Shown here one piece after another: positions 1 through 9,606 of a stretch of 30,044 bases of DNA; position 1 is the first letter of the stretch; the number at the start of each line of letters is the position of its first letter. The stretch is taken from contig JALTHV010000134.1 in NCBI GenBank assembly GCA_027004315.1, forward strand, positions 1 through 30,044. The letters run 5' to 3'. Position numbers and translations under genes: made by a program. This stretch comes from Deltaproteobacteria bacterium. GTDB lineage: Bacteria; Desulfobacterota; Dissulfuribacteria; Dissulfuribacterales; UBA3076. The notes below the pieces were generated by a model. It did not search any database. It had not been told where the DNA came from and was given only the letters and a program-made list of their open reading frames with translations.

Positions 1-18
1 AGAACTAGAGGACAAAAA

Positions 19-1683
19 ATGCGTATCAGAGTACAGAGGGCCATAGAGGAGGCCTTTAGAGAGGCCGTTGCTGATGGGGTATTCCCTGACATACCTATAC
101 CGGCATCACATCAAGTTGTATTCCCAAAGCAGGAGGCCTTTGGCGATTTCGCCAGCAATCTAGGCCTGGTACTTGCTTCCAGGGCCAGGAGATCTCCCAG
201 AGACCTGGCGAATTATCTGGCTCAAAGGTTAGGGGCCAATCCATTATTCGATAAAGTTGAGGTGGCAGGACCTGGATTCCTCAATCTATCTATAGCCTCT
301 ATCTGGTGGCAGAAAAATTTGTACACCATGTGGGAAGCAGGAGATTCCTATGGCAACTCCGATGTAGGCAGTGGCCGTCGGGTACAGGTAGAATTTGTGA
401 GCGCCAATCCGACAGGGCCCTTACATGTAGGCCATGGTAGAGGTGCAGCCGTGGGAGATTCCCTTGCAAGGGTATTAAAGGCCGCGGGTTTTGATATTGA
501 AAAGGAGTACTATATTAATGATGTAGGGAATCAGATGAAGACCCTTGGTTCATCTGTCTATCTACGTTATCTGGAGCATTTTGGCCGTGAAGTCGCATTT
601 CCAGAGAACTATTATCAGGGAGACTATATCCGGGACATCGCCTTGGATATTGCCTCAAAGGAGGGGGATAGATACCTGGATGTCCCTCTGGAGTCCTGCC
701 TGAATTTTTTTATTGATACGGCTGTCAAGTCTATATCTTATGGTATCCATAAAGATCTTCGGGAATTCGGGGTCCATTTTGATAACTGGTTCAGCGAAAA
801 GATCCTCCATGAGAGTGGGTTGTTAGACAGGACTATATCGGAGCTGCAGGATAAAGGATATATATATGAAGAAAACGGGGCATTGTGGTTCAGGACCAGC
901 GACCTAGGAGATGAAAAAGACAGGGTAGTCAGACGTTCAAACGGAATTTTCACTTACTTTGCCTCAGATATAGCCTATCACAGGCACAAGCTGGAGAGGG
1001 GATATGACCTCCTGGTAGACATCTGGGGTGCTGATCACCACGGATATGTGCCGAGGGTAAAGGCTGCAATCAAGGCCCAGGGCTATCCGGAAGATAGACT
1101 TCGGGTCCTCCTTGTGCAGTTGGTCAACCTTATGGAAGGCGGGAGGCCTGCGGCTATGTCAACCAGGGCAGGAGAGTTTGTGACCCTGCGCGAGGTATTA
1201 GATGATGTAGGCAGGGATGCCGCCAGGTTTATGTTCCTGACCCGAAGGTGCGACAGTCATCTGGACTTTGACCTGGAGCTGGCCAAGAGCCAGAGTCAGG
1301 AGAATCCTGTCTACTATGTACAGTATGCCCATGCCAGGATTTCAAGTGTCTTCAGAAAGGCAAAAGATGAGGGTATCTCCCCCGCAGAGCCCAGCCATAT
1401 AGATGTCTCGCTCCTCAGCACCCCGGAGGAGATCAATCTCTTGAAACAGTTGGATCTATTTCCCCGTCTGGTGGCTGACAGTGCCCTTGCCCTTGAGCCG
1501 TACCGTATCAGCTATTATCTCACTGAATTGGCAGGTCAGTTGCATGCCTATTATAATCGGCATCGCTTCGTCAGTAGCGATCCGGACTTGACCCAGGCCC
1601 GGCTCCTCTTGGCAGAGGTGACAAGGAGGGTACTTCGCAAAGGCCTGGGGTTGTTGGGAGTATCTGCCCCTGAAAGGTTGTAA
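19..1683 (+). CDS. argS: Arginine--tRNA ligase
   Basis: 554 aa; class I HIGH-like motif ANPTGPLHVGHGRGA, WGADHHGY, MSTRAGEFVTL, NPVYYVQYAHARI anticodon-binding domain. Confidence 0.97.
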   Translation: MRIRVQRAIEEAFREAVADGVFPDIPIPASHQVVFPKQEAFGDFASNLGLVLASRARRSPRDLANYLAQRLGANPLFDKVEVAGPGFLNLSIASIWWQKNLYTMWEAGDSYGNSDVGSGRRVQVEFVSANPTGPLHVGHGRGAAVGDSLARVLKAAGFDIEKEYYINDVGNQMKTLGSSVYLRYLEHFGREVAFPENYYQGDYIRDIALDIASKEGDRYLDVPLESCLNFFIDTAVKSISYGIHKDLREFGVHFDNWFSEKILHESGLLDRTISELQDKGYIYEENGALWFRTSDLGDEKDRVVRRSNGIFTYFASDIAYHRHKLERGYDLLVDIWGADHHGYVPRVKAAIKAQGYPEDRLRVLLVQLVNLMEGGRPAAMSTRAGEFVTLREVLDDVGRDAARFMFLTRRCDSHLDFDLELAKSQSQENPVYYVQYAHARISSVFRKAKDEGISPAEPSHIDVSLLSTPEEINLLKQLDLFPRLVADSALALEPYRISYYLTELAGQLHAYYNRHRFVSSDPDLTQARLLLAEVTRRVLRKGLGLLGVSAPERL

Positions 1684-1719
1684 TTTTTTATTTAGATCGC
1701 ATATTCTGAAAATGGTCAA

Positions 1720-1923
1720 GTAACTTCTCAATAAGTTCTGGCGTAACCGTTCGCGTCTCCGGCCAGCGGTAGCTTTTTTCAGGGTTTCAGTGCGGATTAA
1801 TGGGCAGAGTGCCTTGATCTTGTGCATCAAGCGATGCTCCTGAAACCCTGAAAAAAGCTACCGCTGGCCGGGGGGAATATGATCGGTTACCAAAAATAAT
1901 GCCCCAACTTATTGAGAAGTTAC
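1720..1923. mobile_element. Composite MITE-like element: family C shell carrying an A/B-type passenger (1743-1890)
   Basis: Perfect 18-bp TIR GTAACTTCTCAATAAGTT (1720-1737 / 1906-1923); perfect 8-bp flanking duplication ATGGTCAA (1712-1719 / 1924-1931); inner ends GTAACCGTTC (1743) and GATCGGTTAC (1881-1890); perfect 32-bp internal inverted repeat (1759-1790 / 1840-1871) around a 49-bp core. Confidence 0.9.
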
Positions 1924-1945
1924 ATGGTCAATATAGGAGTTAGAG

Positions 1946-2602
1946 ATGAGCCGAACCAGCGGAAAAAACCAAAAGATACAGTTCCAGATGGGGTGGGGTG
2001 GACTTGCTGGCCTGGCCTTTGCCAGTATCTGTGTCCTTTTGTGGGTATTTGTCTTGGGATTTTGGGTTGGTCAGAAACTAGTTGGGCGTGATCAGCATGA
2101 GCTGCATCAAATTCCACCTATTACAGATGCGGTCCCCAAGTCTGGGGACCTAACCCCTTCCCCTGCGGGGAATATGGAGGTACCAAAGATATCTGAGCCC
2201 TCCACCAAGAATATCAAGGAGGAGAGACTTACACCATCCACTTCCCCTGGGTCTGGGGAAGGCGTGCAGATGGGATCAAGAGACAAGGCGGTCACAGAAA
2301 AAGACCATGCTGCAGACAATAAGGGACCTAATCAGGAGGGCAAGGCGCAGAAAAAGGGCAGATATTTTGTACTACAAATAGCCTCCTACAGGGGAAGAGA
2401 GCGGGCAGATAGAGAATACAGGAGATGGAGAGATAAGGGCTATCGTATGGAGATAAGGAAGGTCGATTTGGGACCCAATAAGGGGATCTGGTACCGGGTC
2501 TATCTTGGGCGGTTCCATTCCCTTCAGCAGGCCATCACCTCTTCAAAAAAAATGGCCAAAAAAAATGGCCTGATGTCTTATGTGGTACCATTAGATGAGT
2601 AA
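1946..2602 (+). CDS. SPOR-domain cell division protein (FtsN/DedD-like)
   Basis: N-terminal TM helix, low-complexity linker, C-terminal YFVLQIASY...WYRVYLGRF SPOR-like domain; usual position after argS. Confidence 0.85.
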   Translation: MSRTSGKNQKIQFQMGWGGLAGLAFASICVLLWVFVLGFWVGQKLVGRDQHELHQIPPITDAVPKSGDLTPSPAGNMEVPKISEPSTKNIKEERLTPSTSPGSGEGVQMGSRDKAVTEKDHAADNKGPNQEGKAQKKGRYFVLQIASYRGRERADREYRRWRDKGYRMEIRKVDLGPNKGIWYRVYLGRFHSLQQAITSSKKMAKKNGLMSYVVPLDE

Positions 2603-3062
2603 AATATCAATGATGCGCAAGGCCAATATATCGGATGTAAAGTCCATCCATGCCCTACTGATGCATTTTGCAGATAAGGGTCTACTGTTGCCACGTTCTC
2701 TCAGTGAGATATATGACCATCTGCGGGACTATACGCTGTTTGAGGACACTGATGGAGATATAGTGGCTACCGTGGCCCTAAGTATATGTTGGGAAGACCT
2801 GGCTGAGGTAAGGTCTCTGGCAGTACAGGAATACCATCAGATGCATGGCATAGGGAGGCAACTGGTAGAGCACTGCCTTTCAGAGGCCCGTAGCCTTGGT
2901 GTCCATCGGGTCTTTACCCTCACGTATCAGCCGGATTTTTTTGAAAAATTAGGATTCAGACTCGTGGATAAGGCAATTCTTCCACAGAAAGTCTGGGCAG
3001 ATTGTATAAAGTGTCCAAAGTTTCCAGATTGTGATGAAATAGCACTGCTTATGGAGCTCTAA
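2595..3062 (+). CDS. argA: Short GNAT amino-acid N-acetyltransferase (ArgA-like N-acetylglutamate synthase)
   Basis: 155 aa GNAT; [40 protein letters not shown]; clustered with argS and argJ. Confidence 0.8.
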   Translation: MSKISMMRKANISDVKSIHALLMHFADKGLLLPRSLSEIYDHLRDYTLFEDTDGDIVATVALSICWEDLAEVRSLAVQEYHQMHGIGRQLVEHCLSEARSLGVHRVFTLTYQPDFFEKLGFRLVDKAILPQKVWADCIKCPKFPDCDEIALLMEL

Positions 3063-3066
3063 TTAT

Positions 3067-5613
3067 ATGATTGGTAGTTTAGTTTCAAAGGTATTTGGTA
3101 CCAAGCATGAGAGGGAAGTCAAAAAACTGAGGCCTATTGTAGAGCGCATAAACTCCCTTGAGCCAGGAATAAAGGCCCTGTCTGACGCAGAGCTCAAGGC
3201 AAAGACCCCTGAATTCAGAGAACGGTTTGAAAGGGGAGAGTCCCTGGACAAATTACTTCCAGAGACCTTCGCAGTGACAAGAGAGGCAGCCCGGAGGGTG
3301 TTGGGACTCAGGCCCTATGATGTCCAGCTTGTAGGTGGAATCGTACTCCACCAGGGCAAGATTGCCGAGATGAAGACCGGCGAAGGAAAGACCCTGGTGG
3401 CCACGATGCCTGTTTACCTGAATGCCCTTACTGGGCGCGGGGTCCATGTAGTCACTGTCAACGACTATCTGGCTACCCGTGACTCAGAGTGGATGGGGCA
3501 GATATACCGCTTTCTTGGTCTGGATGTAGGGCTGATAGTCCATGGGCTTGAGGATGCAGAGCGCAAGGCAGCATATGGGGCCGATGTGACCTATGGCACC
3601 AACAATGAGTTTGGATTTGACTACCTCAGAGACAACATGAAATACTCGCTGGAGGACATGGTCCAGCGGGAATTTTACTATGTCATAGTAGACGAAGTAG
3701 ACAGCATCCTTATTGATGAGGCCCGGACCCCCCTGATCATTTCCGGCCCGTCTGAAGAGTCTACAGGCCTCTACTACAGGGTCAATCGAATCGCTCCACA
3801 CCTGAAGAGAGACGTCCATTATACAGTAGACGAAAAGGCCAGGACTGCCAGCCTGACTGAAGAGGGCGTGACAGAGTGTGAGAAGCTCTTAAAAGTGAAA
3901 AACCTCTATGACCCTATTCAGGCTGAACTCCTTCATTATGTGCAACAGGCCCTCAAGGCCCATGCCCTGTTTAAGAAGGATGTGGACTATATAGTCAAAG
4001 ACGGTCAGGTAGTTATAGTTGACGAATTCACGGGCCGCCTTATGCCTGGGAGACGTTACAGTGACGGGCTGCACCAGGCACTTGAGGCCAAGGAAGGGGT
4101 AAAGATAGAGAGTGAGAACCAGACACTGGCCTCCATAACCTTTCAGAACTTTTTCCGTATGTATGAGAAGCTCTCTGGCATGACTGGCACCGCCGATACA
4201 GAGGCAGGGGAATTCTACGAGATCTATAAACTGCAAGTAGTGGTGATCCCCACTCATGAGCCCATGATCCGCAAGGACTATCCTGATGTAGTCTTTAGGA
4301 CAGAGGCTGAAAAATTCGAGGCCGTGGTCAGAGAGATAAAATCTCTTCATGACCAGGGCCGTCCTGTCCTGGTAGGCACCTCCAGTGTGGATAATTCCGA
4401 ACGGCTTTCAAAGATGTTGAAGCCTATAGGGATCAAACATGAGGTCCTGAATGCAAAGCATCATGAAAAAGAGGCAGAAATCATAGCCCATGCAGGAGAG
4501 AGGGGCCGGGTTACCATTGCCACCAATATGGCCGGGCGAGGCACAGATATAGTCCTGGGCGAGGGGGTAGCCGAATTAGGCGGGTTACACATCCTTGGTA
4601 CGGAACGCCACGATTCAAGGCGGGTAGATAACCAGCTAAGAGGACGAGCCGGCCGCCAGGGTGACCTCGGTTCTTCCAGGTTTTATCTGTCATTGGAAGA
4701 TGACCTCCTACGTATCTTTGGATCAGATCGTATCTCCGGTATCATGAATAAACTTGGGATGAAAAAAGGAGAGCCTATAGAGCACTCTATGCTGTCCAAG
4801 GCCATTGAGAACGCCCAACGAAAGGTTGAGGGCCAGAATTTCGAGATCAGGAAGCACCTCCTCGATTATGACGACGTCATGAACAAGCAGAGGGAAGTGA
4901 TCTACAGGCAGAGGAAACAGATATTGGCCGGTGAGAGCCTGAGGGAGGATCTCCAGGACTTTATTGACGATATAGCGGCAAACCTGGTGGAGATCTACAC
5001 GGACAAAAAGAAGTCCCCGGAAGAGTGGGACTGGAAATCCCTGGAAGAACGTATCCTTGGAGAGTTCGGTATTCGACTGGATATCTCTCAGGAGGAGAGG
5101 CAAGAGCTTGATCCAGAGACCCTGGAGGAGATAATAGCCAAATCTGCGAAACAGGCCTATGAGACGCAGATGACCCGATTTGGGAAGGAAGATATGGCCA
5201 ATGTAGAGAGGTTGATAATCCTCCAGACCCTGGATGACCTCTGGAAGGATCATCTCCTCAATATGGATCATTTAAGAGAAGGCATAGGGCTGAGGGGCTA
5301 TGGACAGAAGGATCCCCTCCAGGAGTACAGGCGCGAGGGCTATGACATGTTTATGGCCATGATCCAGCGCTTTCGAGAAAAGACTATAAGCCTTCTGCTC
5401 CGGGTAAGGCCTATCCAGGAGAGCGAGGCCGAAGACCTGGAAGCCCGCCGCAAGCAACAGCAAAGGAAGATAAATTACAGCCGTGGTGAATCTGACGGTG
5501 AGGGTGATAACAAGCCAAAGACCGTAAGGCGTAAGGGGAAGAAGATAGGTCGTAACGATCCGTGTCCCTGTGGCAGTGGAAAGAAGTATAAAAAATGTTG
5601 CGGAAGGAAATGA
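3067..5613 (+). CDS. secA: Preprotein translocase ATPase SecA
   Basis: 848 aa; [38 protein letters not shown]-terminal [18 protein letters not shown] zinc motif. Confidence 0.99.
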   Translation: MIGSLVSKVFGTKHEREVKKLRPIVERINSLEPGIKALSDAELKAKTPEFRERFERGESLDKLLPETFAVTREAARRVLGLRPYDVQLVGGIVLHQGKIAEMKTGEGKTLVATMPVYLNALTGRGVHVVTVNDYLATRDSEWMGQIYRFLGLDVGLIVHGLEDAERKAAYGADVTYGTNNEFGFDYLRDNMKYSLEDMVQREFYYVIVDEVDSILIDEARTPLIISGPSEESTGLYYRVNRIAPHLKRDVHYTVDEKARTASLTEEGVTECEKLLKVKNLYDPIQAELLHYVQQALKAHALFKKDVDYIVKDGQVVIVDEFTGRLMPGRRYSDGLHQALEAKEGVKIESENQTLASITFQNFFRMYEKLSGMTGTADTEAGEFYEIYKLQVVVIPTHEPMIRKDYPDVVFRTEAEKFEAVVREIKSLHDQGRPVLVGTSSVDNSERLSKMLKPIGIKHEVLNAKHHEKEAEIIAHAGERGRVTIATNMAGRGTDIVLGEGVAELGGLHILGTERHDSRRVDNQLRGRAGRQGDLGSSRFYLSLEDDLLRIFGSDRISGIMNKLGMKKGEPIEHSMLSKAIENAQRKVEGQNFEIRKHLLDYDDVMNKQREVIYRQRKQILAGESLREDLQDFIDDIAANLVEIYTDKKKSPEEWDWKSLEERILGEFGIRLDISQEERQELDPETLEEIIAKSAKQAYETQMTRFGKEDMANVERLIILQTLDDLWKDHLLNMDHLREGIGLRGYGQKDPLQEYRREGYDMFMAMIQRFREKTISLLLRVRPIQESEAEDLEARRKQQQRKINYSRGESDGEGDNKPKTVRRKGKKIGRNDPCPCGSGKKYKKCCGRK

Positions 5614-6812
5614 CTTTTTTGGTCCCTGGTTTTGAGGGATCGGCCGTTGAGTCCGGCATCAGATATCGAGGACGCCTTGACCTGGGTCTCATTGCCTCTG
5701 CCGTCCCTGCCGCCCTGGCAGGGGTCTTTACCAGAAATGAAGTAAAGGCTGCCCCGGTCCTCGTTGGGATCGAGCGTCTCCATAAGGGCAGGCCCTATGC
5801 CAGGGCCATTGTGGTAAATAGCGGCAATGCAAATGCCTGTACAGGGCCTGAGGGGATAGCCCATGTCCATGAAATCCATGGCCTTGCGGCCAAGGAAATG
5901 GGCATAAATCCTGAGGAGATAATGTCCTCTTCGACTGGGGTAATTGGTGAGCCCCTCCCCATGGATCGGATAAGAAGGGCCATGCCGGCACTTGTAGCCG
6001 GCCTTTCTGATAATGCCCTGGACTGTGTGGCAGATGCCATCCTTACAACGGACACGGTCCGGAAGACCGCTATAAGACACCTTGACATATGTGGTATAGA
6101 TATAACCATAGCCGGCATGGCAAAGGGCGCCGGCATGATAGGACCCAATATGGGACTACCCAGGGCCACCATGCTCTCCTTCATCCTGTCGGATGCAGTC
6201 GTAGATCCAGCCTGGTGGCAGGTCATAGTTGAAGAGGCCGTATCAGACTCCTTTAACCAGATCATAATAGATGGGGACACCAGCACCAATGATACACTTT
6301 TGGCCCTGGCGAATGGCCTTGCCGGAAATCCCATAATTAATGGAAATAGGCATGGTCAGCTATTCAAGGCGGTACTGGAGGACCTGTTCCAGGACCTTGC
6401 CCATCAGCTTGTAAGGGGCGGTGAAGGTGTCACCAAATGTGTAACTATTCGGGTAGAAGGGGCAAGGAACAGAGATGAGGCAGACAAGATAGCTCGAACT
6501 GTGGCCAAATCACCACTTGTGAAGACTGCCTTTTTCGGCGAAGATCCCAACTGGGGTAGGATACTTGCGGCAGCAGGCCGGGCAGGTTTCCCTATGGACC
6601 AGAGATTGATTGAGTTGGCCTTTAATGACGTCACGATCGTAAAAGGGGGCATAGGTGTAGGTAAAGAGGCCGAGGAACAGGCCAAAGAGGCCATGGCCGC
6701 TGAAGAATTCTCTGTCACTCTGGACCTGGGGCTGGGAAAAGCCAGGGCCCAGGTCCTGGCCAGCGACCTTTCAGGTGATTACGTACGTATCAATGCAGAT
6801 TATCGCAGTTAA
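5610..6812 (+). CDS. argJ: Glutamate N-acetyltransferase / ornithine acetyltransferase
   Basis: [32 protein letters not shown] motifs. Start moved from 5595 to ATG 5610 (ATGA overlap with the secA stop, GGAAGG upstream). Confidence 0.95.
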   Translation: MTFLVPGFEGSAVESGIRYRGRLDLGLIASAVPAALAGVFTRNEVKAAPVLVGIERLHKGRPYARAIVVNSGNANACTGPEGIAHVHEIHGLAAKEMGINPEEIMSSSTGVIGEPLPMDRIRRAMPALVAGLSDNALDCVADAILTTDTVRKTAIRHLDICGIDITIAGMAKGAGMIGPNMGLPRATMLSFILSDAVVDPAWWQVIVEEAVSDSFNQIIIDGDTSTNDTLLALANGLAGNPIINGNRHGQLFKAVLEDLFQDLAHQLVRGGEGVTKCVTIRVEGARNRDEADKIARTVAKSPLVKTAFFGEDPNWGRILAAAGRAGFPMDQRLIELAFNDVTIVKGGIGVGKEAEEQAKEAMAAEEFSVTLDLGLGKARAQVLASDLSGDYVRINADYRS

Positions 6813-6827
6813 TTTCAAAAGAAAAAT

Positions 6828-7862
6828 ATGATATCCTTGTTTGAGAAGAGTCTTCTTCATGCCCTGATGATTACCGGCTTCGTCTTCATGATGATGCTGG
6901 TGATTGAGTATGTAAACGTCCTTACCAGGGGGCTGTGGCAGCGAGAGCTGCATGCCAGTCGTATAAAGCAGTATCTGCTGGCCAGTTTTTTGGGGGCAAC
7001 TCCTGGCTGCCTTGGGGCCTTTGCGGCAGTGGCCCTCTATTCCCACAGGGTATTTACTATGGGGGCCTTGGTGGCTGCCATGATCTCCACCAGTGGCGAT
7101 GAATCCTTTGTCATGCTGTCCATGTTTCCCCAAAAGGCCCTGCTACTCTTCTTTATCCTCTTTGTTATAGGTATAATAGCAGGTTTTCTGACAGATCTAT
7201 TGCTTGGGGGAAAAGCGATCAACCAATCCGGATGCCGACAAAAATTTGAATTCCATGAAGAAGAGGCATGCCACTGCCTCCTCAGTTGGGAATCCATCAA
7301 GAGGCAATGGGAGCATTGCTCTATGGCCCGAGGGGTACTGACCGTTACACTGGCACTGTTTATTTTCGGGATACTTAGCGGCAACCTGGGACCGCCAGTA
7401 TGGAACTGGATCAGGGGTACTCTCCTCCTGGTCTCATTGATAGCACTCTTTATTGTGGCTACAGTACCAGAGCACTTTCTGGAAGAGCACCTATGGGAAC
7501 ATATAGCAAAGGTCCATGTCCCGCGGGTATTTTTATGGACCTTAGGGGCATTATTCCTAATGCACATTCTGGTGGATCAGCTCCATCTTAAAGCCTGGAT
7601 GCAGGCTAACCAGTTGATCCTTATGGTATCTGCCTGCCTGATAGGGATTATACCGGAGTCCGGTCCACATTTGATATTTACTACCCTGTTTGCCGAACAT
7701 GCCATACCTTTCAGTATCCTATTGGCAAGCTCTGTGGTGCAGGACGGTCATGGCATGCTACCTCTGCTTGCAGAGTCTCGCCTGGACTTTATCAAGATCA
7801 AGGGGATCAATTTTTTTGTAGGACTCTTTGTAGGGCTGGTAGGTTATTGGGGAGGCTGGTAG
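6828..7862 (+). CDS. Putative multi-TM heavy-metal/manganese transporter (ArsP_2-like family)
   Basis: 344 aa, about 9-10 hydrophobic segments; GATPGCLGAF, TSGDESF, PESGPH, QDGHG motifs; His/Cys loop FHEEEACHC. Confidence 0.7.
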   Translation: MISLFEKSLLHALMITGFVFMMMLVIEYVNVLTRGLWQRELHASRIKQYLLASFLGATPGCLGAFAAVALYSHRVFTMGALVAAMISTSGDESFVMLSMFPQKALLLFFILFVIGIIAGFLTDLLLGGKAINQSGCRQKFEFHEEEACHCLLSWESIKRQWEHCSMARGVLTVTLALFIFGILSGNLGPPVWNWIRGTLLLVSLIALFIVATVPEHFLEEHLWEHIAKVHVPRVFLWTLGALFLMHILVDQLHLKAWMQANQLILMVSACLIGIIPESGPHLIFTTLFAEHAIPFSILLASSVVQDGHGMLPLLAESRLDFIKIKGINFFVGLFVGLVGYWGGW

Positions 7863-7889
7863 GGTCTTCGTTCAGACACTAATTAGAGT

Positions 7890-8061
7890 GTAACCGTTCA
7901 CATTCCCCCCGGCCAGCAGCAGCCTTTTGAAGGATTTCAGGAGCATCGCCTGATGCACAATATCAGGGCACTCTGCCGATTAATCCGCACTGAAACCCTT
8001 CAAAATGCTACCGCTGGCCGGGGACATGGACGGTTCAACAGGAGGGGGTGTGAGCGGTTAC
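7890..8061. mobile_element. Family A MITE-like element, full length (172 bp)
   Basis: TIRs GTAACCGTTCAC / GTGAGCGGTTAC (11/12); perfect 8-bp duplication ATTAGAGT (7882-7889 / 8062-8069); internal IR 7909-7940 / 7990-8021 (28/32) around the 49-bp core; near reverse complement of 26082-26254. Confidence 0.92.
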
Positions 8062-8068
8062 ATTAGAG

Positions 8069-8095
8069 TAATCCGTGTAATCTGCATAATCTGTG
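8069..8095. repeat. Three imperfect 9-bp tandem repeats
   Basis: TAATCCGTG TAATCTGCA TAATCTGTG. Confidence 0.75.
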
Positions 8096-8125
8096 GATCA
8101 AAAAATATAAGTAGGGATAATAATT

Positions 8126-9574
8126 ATGGATGATACAGGAATTCTCCAGACACAGGAGACTGCCCAGGTTCAACCAATTATACTGGCAGGTGGATTCGGG
8201 TCCCGGCTCTGGCCTCTGTCACGTGAGCTCTATCCAAAACAACTCTTCAAATTGACTGGTGGCAAGACTTTACTGCAGGAGACCTGTTGCAGGATAAAAG
8301 ATGTGTCAGGTGATTGCGGGCCTATAATTATGGTGGGGAAAGAACACCGTTTTATGGTAATGGAGCAGTTAGCTGACCTCGGGCTGGACACTACAGCCAG
8401 GCTTATCGTTGAACCGGTAAGGCGGAATACTGCCCCTGCCTGTCTGGTAGCTGCCCTTGAGGCCTCATCTGGAAAAGCCGATCCCTTCCTCCTGATTACG
8501 CCTGCAGATCACCTGGTTCAAAAGGCCGATGAGTTTGTACAGGCTACCAGTCAGGGCCTGTTGCTTGCGGCACAGGGGGCCTTAGTGACCTTTGGCATCC
8601 GCCCGGACCGGGCAGAGACGGCCTATGGATATATTGAGGCCGGAGATGGGAGCACAGTAAGACAATTTGTAGAAAAACCGGACCGGGTCACTGCGGAAGA
8701 ATATATAGCCAAGGGAAACTTTTATTGGAACAGCGGCATCTTTCTCTTTAAGGCCAGCAGGCTGCTGGAAGAGGCAGAGCACCTTGTCCCTGCGACGCTC
8801 AGTGCCTGTAAAAAGGCACTGGAGAAGGCCCATCGGGAAAAAAATGGTCTGGTCTATCTGGATGAAGAGAGCTTCAGCGAATGCCCATCAGACTCCATAG
8901 ATTATGCCATATTGGAGCATGTAAAAGGGCTTTCCATGGTCCCTGTAGATATGGGCTGGAGTGATGTGGGGTCGTGGCAGGCCCTGCACGAAATCCTGCC
9001 CAAAGATGAATCAGATAACATGACTCAGGGCGATGTTATAGCGATAGATACATCAGGCAGTCTGGTATGGGCCGAAGACCGTCTTGTGGCGACCCTGGGG
9101 GCAAAAGATATGCTGGTCGTTGAGACGGCGGATGCCGTACTCGTGGTGCCCCTGAAACGCAGCCAGGAGATACGCCGGATCGTCAAACGCCTGAAGTCTG
9201 CAAAGCGGGAAGAATATCTGGTACACAAGACGGCCTACCGTCCCTGGGGTAGCTATACGGTGCTTGAAGAGGCACCTCGTTTTAAGATCAAGCGTATCAG
9301 TGTAAAGCCAGGGGCAAAGCTCTCCCTGCAGATGCATTACCATCGTTCAGAACACTGGGTAGTAGTCAAGGGAACGGCCCGTGTAACCAGGGACGACGAT
9401 GTATTTCTCTTGAGGGAAAGCGAATCTACATTTATATCACCCGGGCAGAGGCATCGGCTTGAGAACCCCGGCCGAATACCCCTGGAGATAATTGAGATAC
9501 AGAATGGAAGTTATCTGGGAGAAGATGACATAGTCCGTTTTGAGGACCAATATGGGAGAAATCAGGGGCAGTAA
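8126..9574 (+). CDS. manC: Mannose-1-phosphate guanylyltransferase / mannose-6-phosphate isomerase
   Basis: ILAGGFGSRLWPLSRELYPKQ, RNTAPA, FVEKP, WNSGIF, WSDVGSW, and C-terminal cupin RPWGSY...HYHRSEHWVVV. Confidence 0.96.
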   Translation: MDDTGILQTQETAQVQPIILAGGFGSRLWPLSRELYPKQLFKLTGGKTLLQETCCRIKDVSGDCGPIIMVGKEHRFMVMEQLADLGLDTTARLIVEPVRRNTAPACLVAALEASSGKADPFLLITPADHLVQKADEFVQATSQGLLLAAQGALVTFGIRPDRAETAYGYIEAGDGSTVRQFVEKPDRVTAEEYIAKGNFYWNSGIFLFKASRLLEEAEHLVPATLSACKKALEKAHREKNGLVYLDEESFSECPSDSIDYAILEHVKGLSMVPVDMGWSDVGSWQALHEILPKDESDNMTQGDVIAIDTSGSLVWAEDRLVATLGAKDMLVVETADAVLVVPLKRSQEIRRIVKRLKSAKREEYLVHKTAYRPWGSYTVLEEAPRFKIKRISVKPGAKLSLQMHYHRSEHWVVVKGTARVTRDDDVFLLRESESTFISPGQRHRLENPGRIPLEIIEIQNGSYLGEDDIVRFEDQYGRNQGQ

Positions 9575-9576
9575 AC

Positions 9577-9592
9577 CAGATCTTCCGATCTG
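9577..9592. terminator. Small hairpin between convergent manC and antiporter genes; weak terminator candidate
   Basis: CAGATC-TTCC-GATCTG; no U-tract on either side. Confidence 0.2.
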
Positions 9593-9606
9593 TAACCGCT
9601 TCTGTA

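Noticed and set aside
1456-1830. Minus-strand ORF MMHKIKALCPLIRTETL..., with look-alikes at 26013-26195 and 10783-10989
   Set aside because: The shared peptide is just the translated MITE core; lengths and downstream frames are not conserved, and the first ORF overlaps argS antisense.
1759-1871. Repeat-spacer-repeat appearance suggesting a CRISPR array
   Set aside because: The repeats are inverted, not direct; the core is the same sequence in each copy; copies are dispersed; no cas genes are present.
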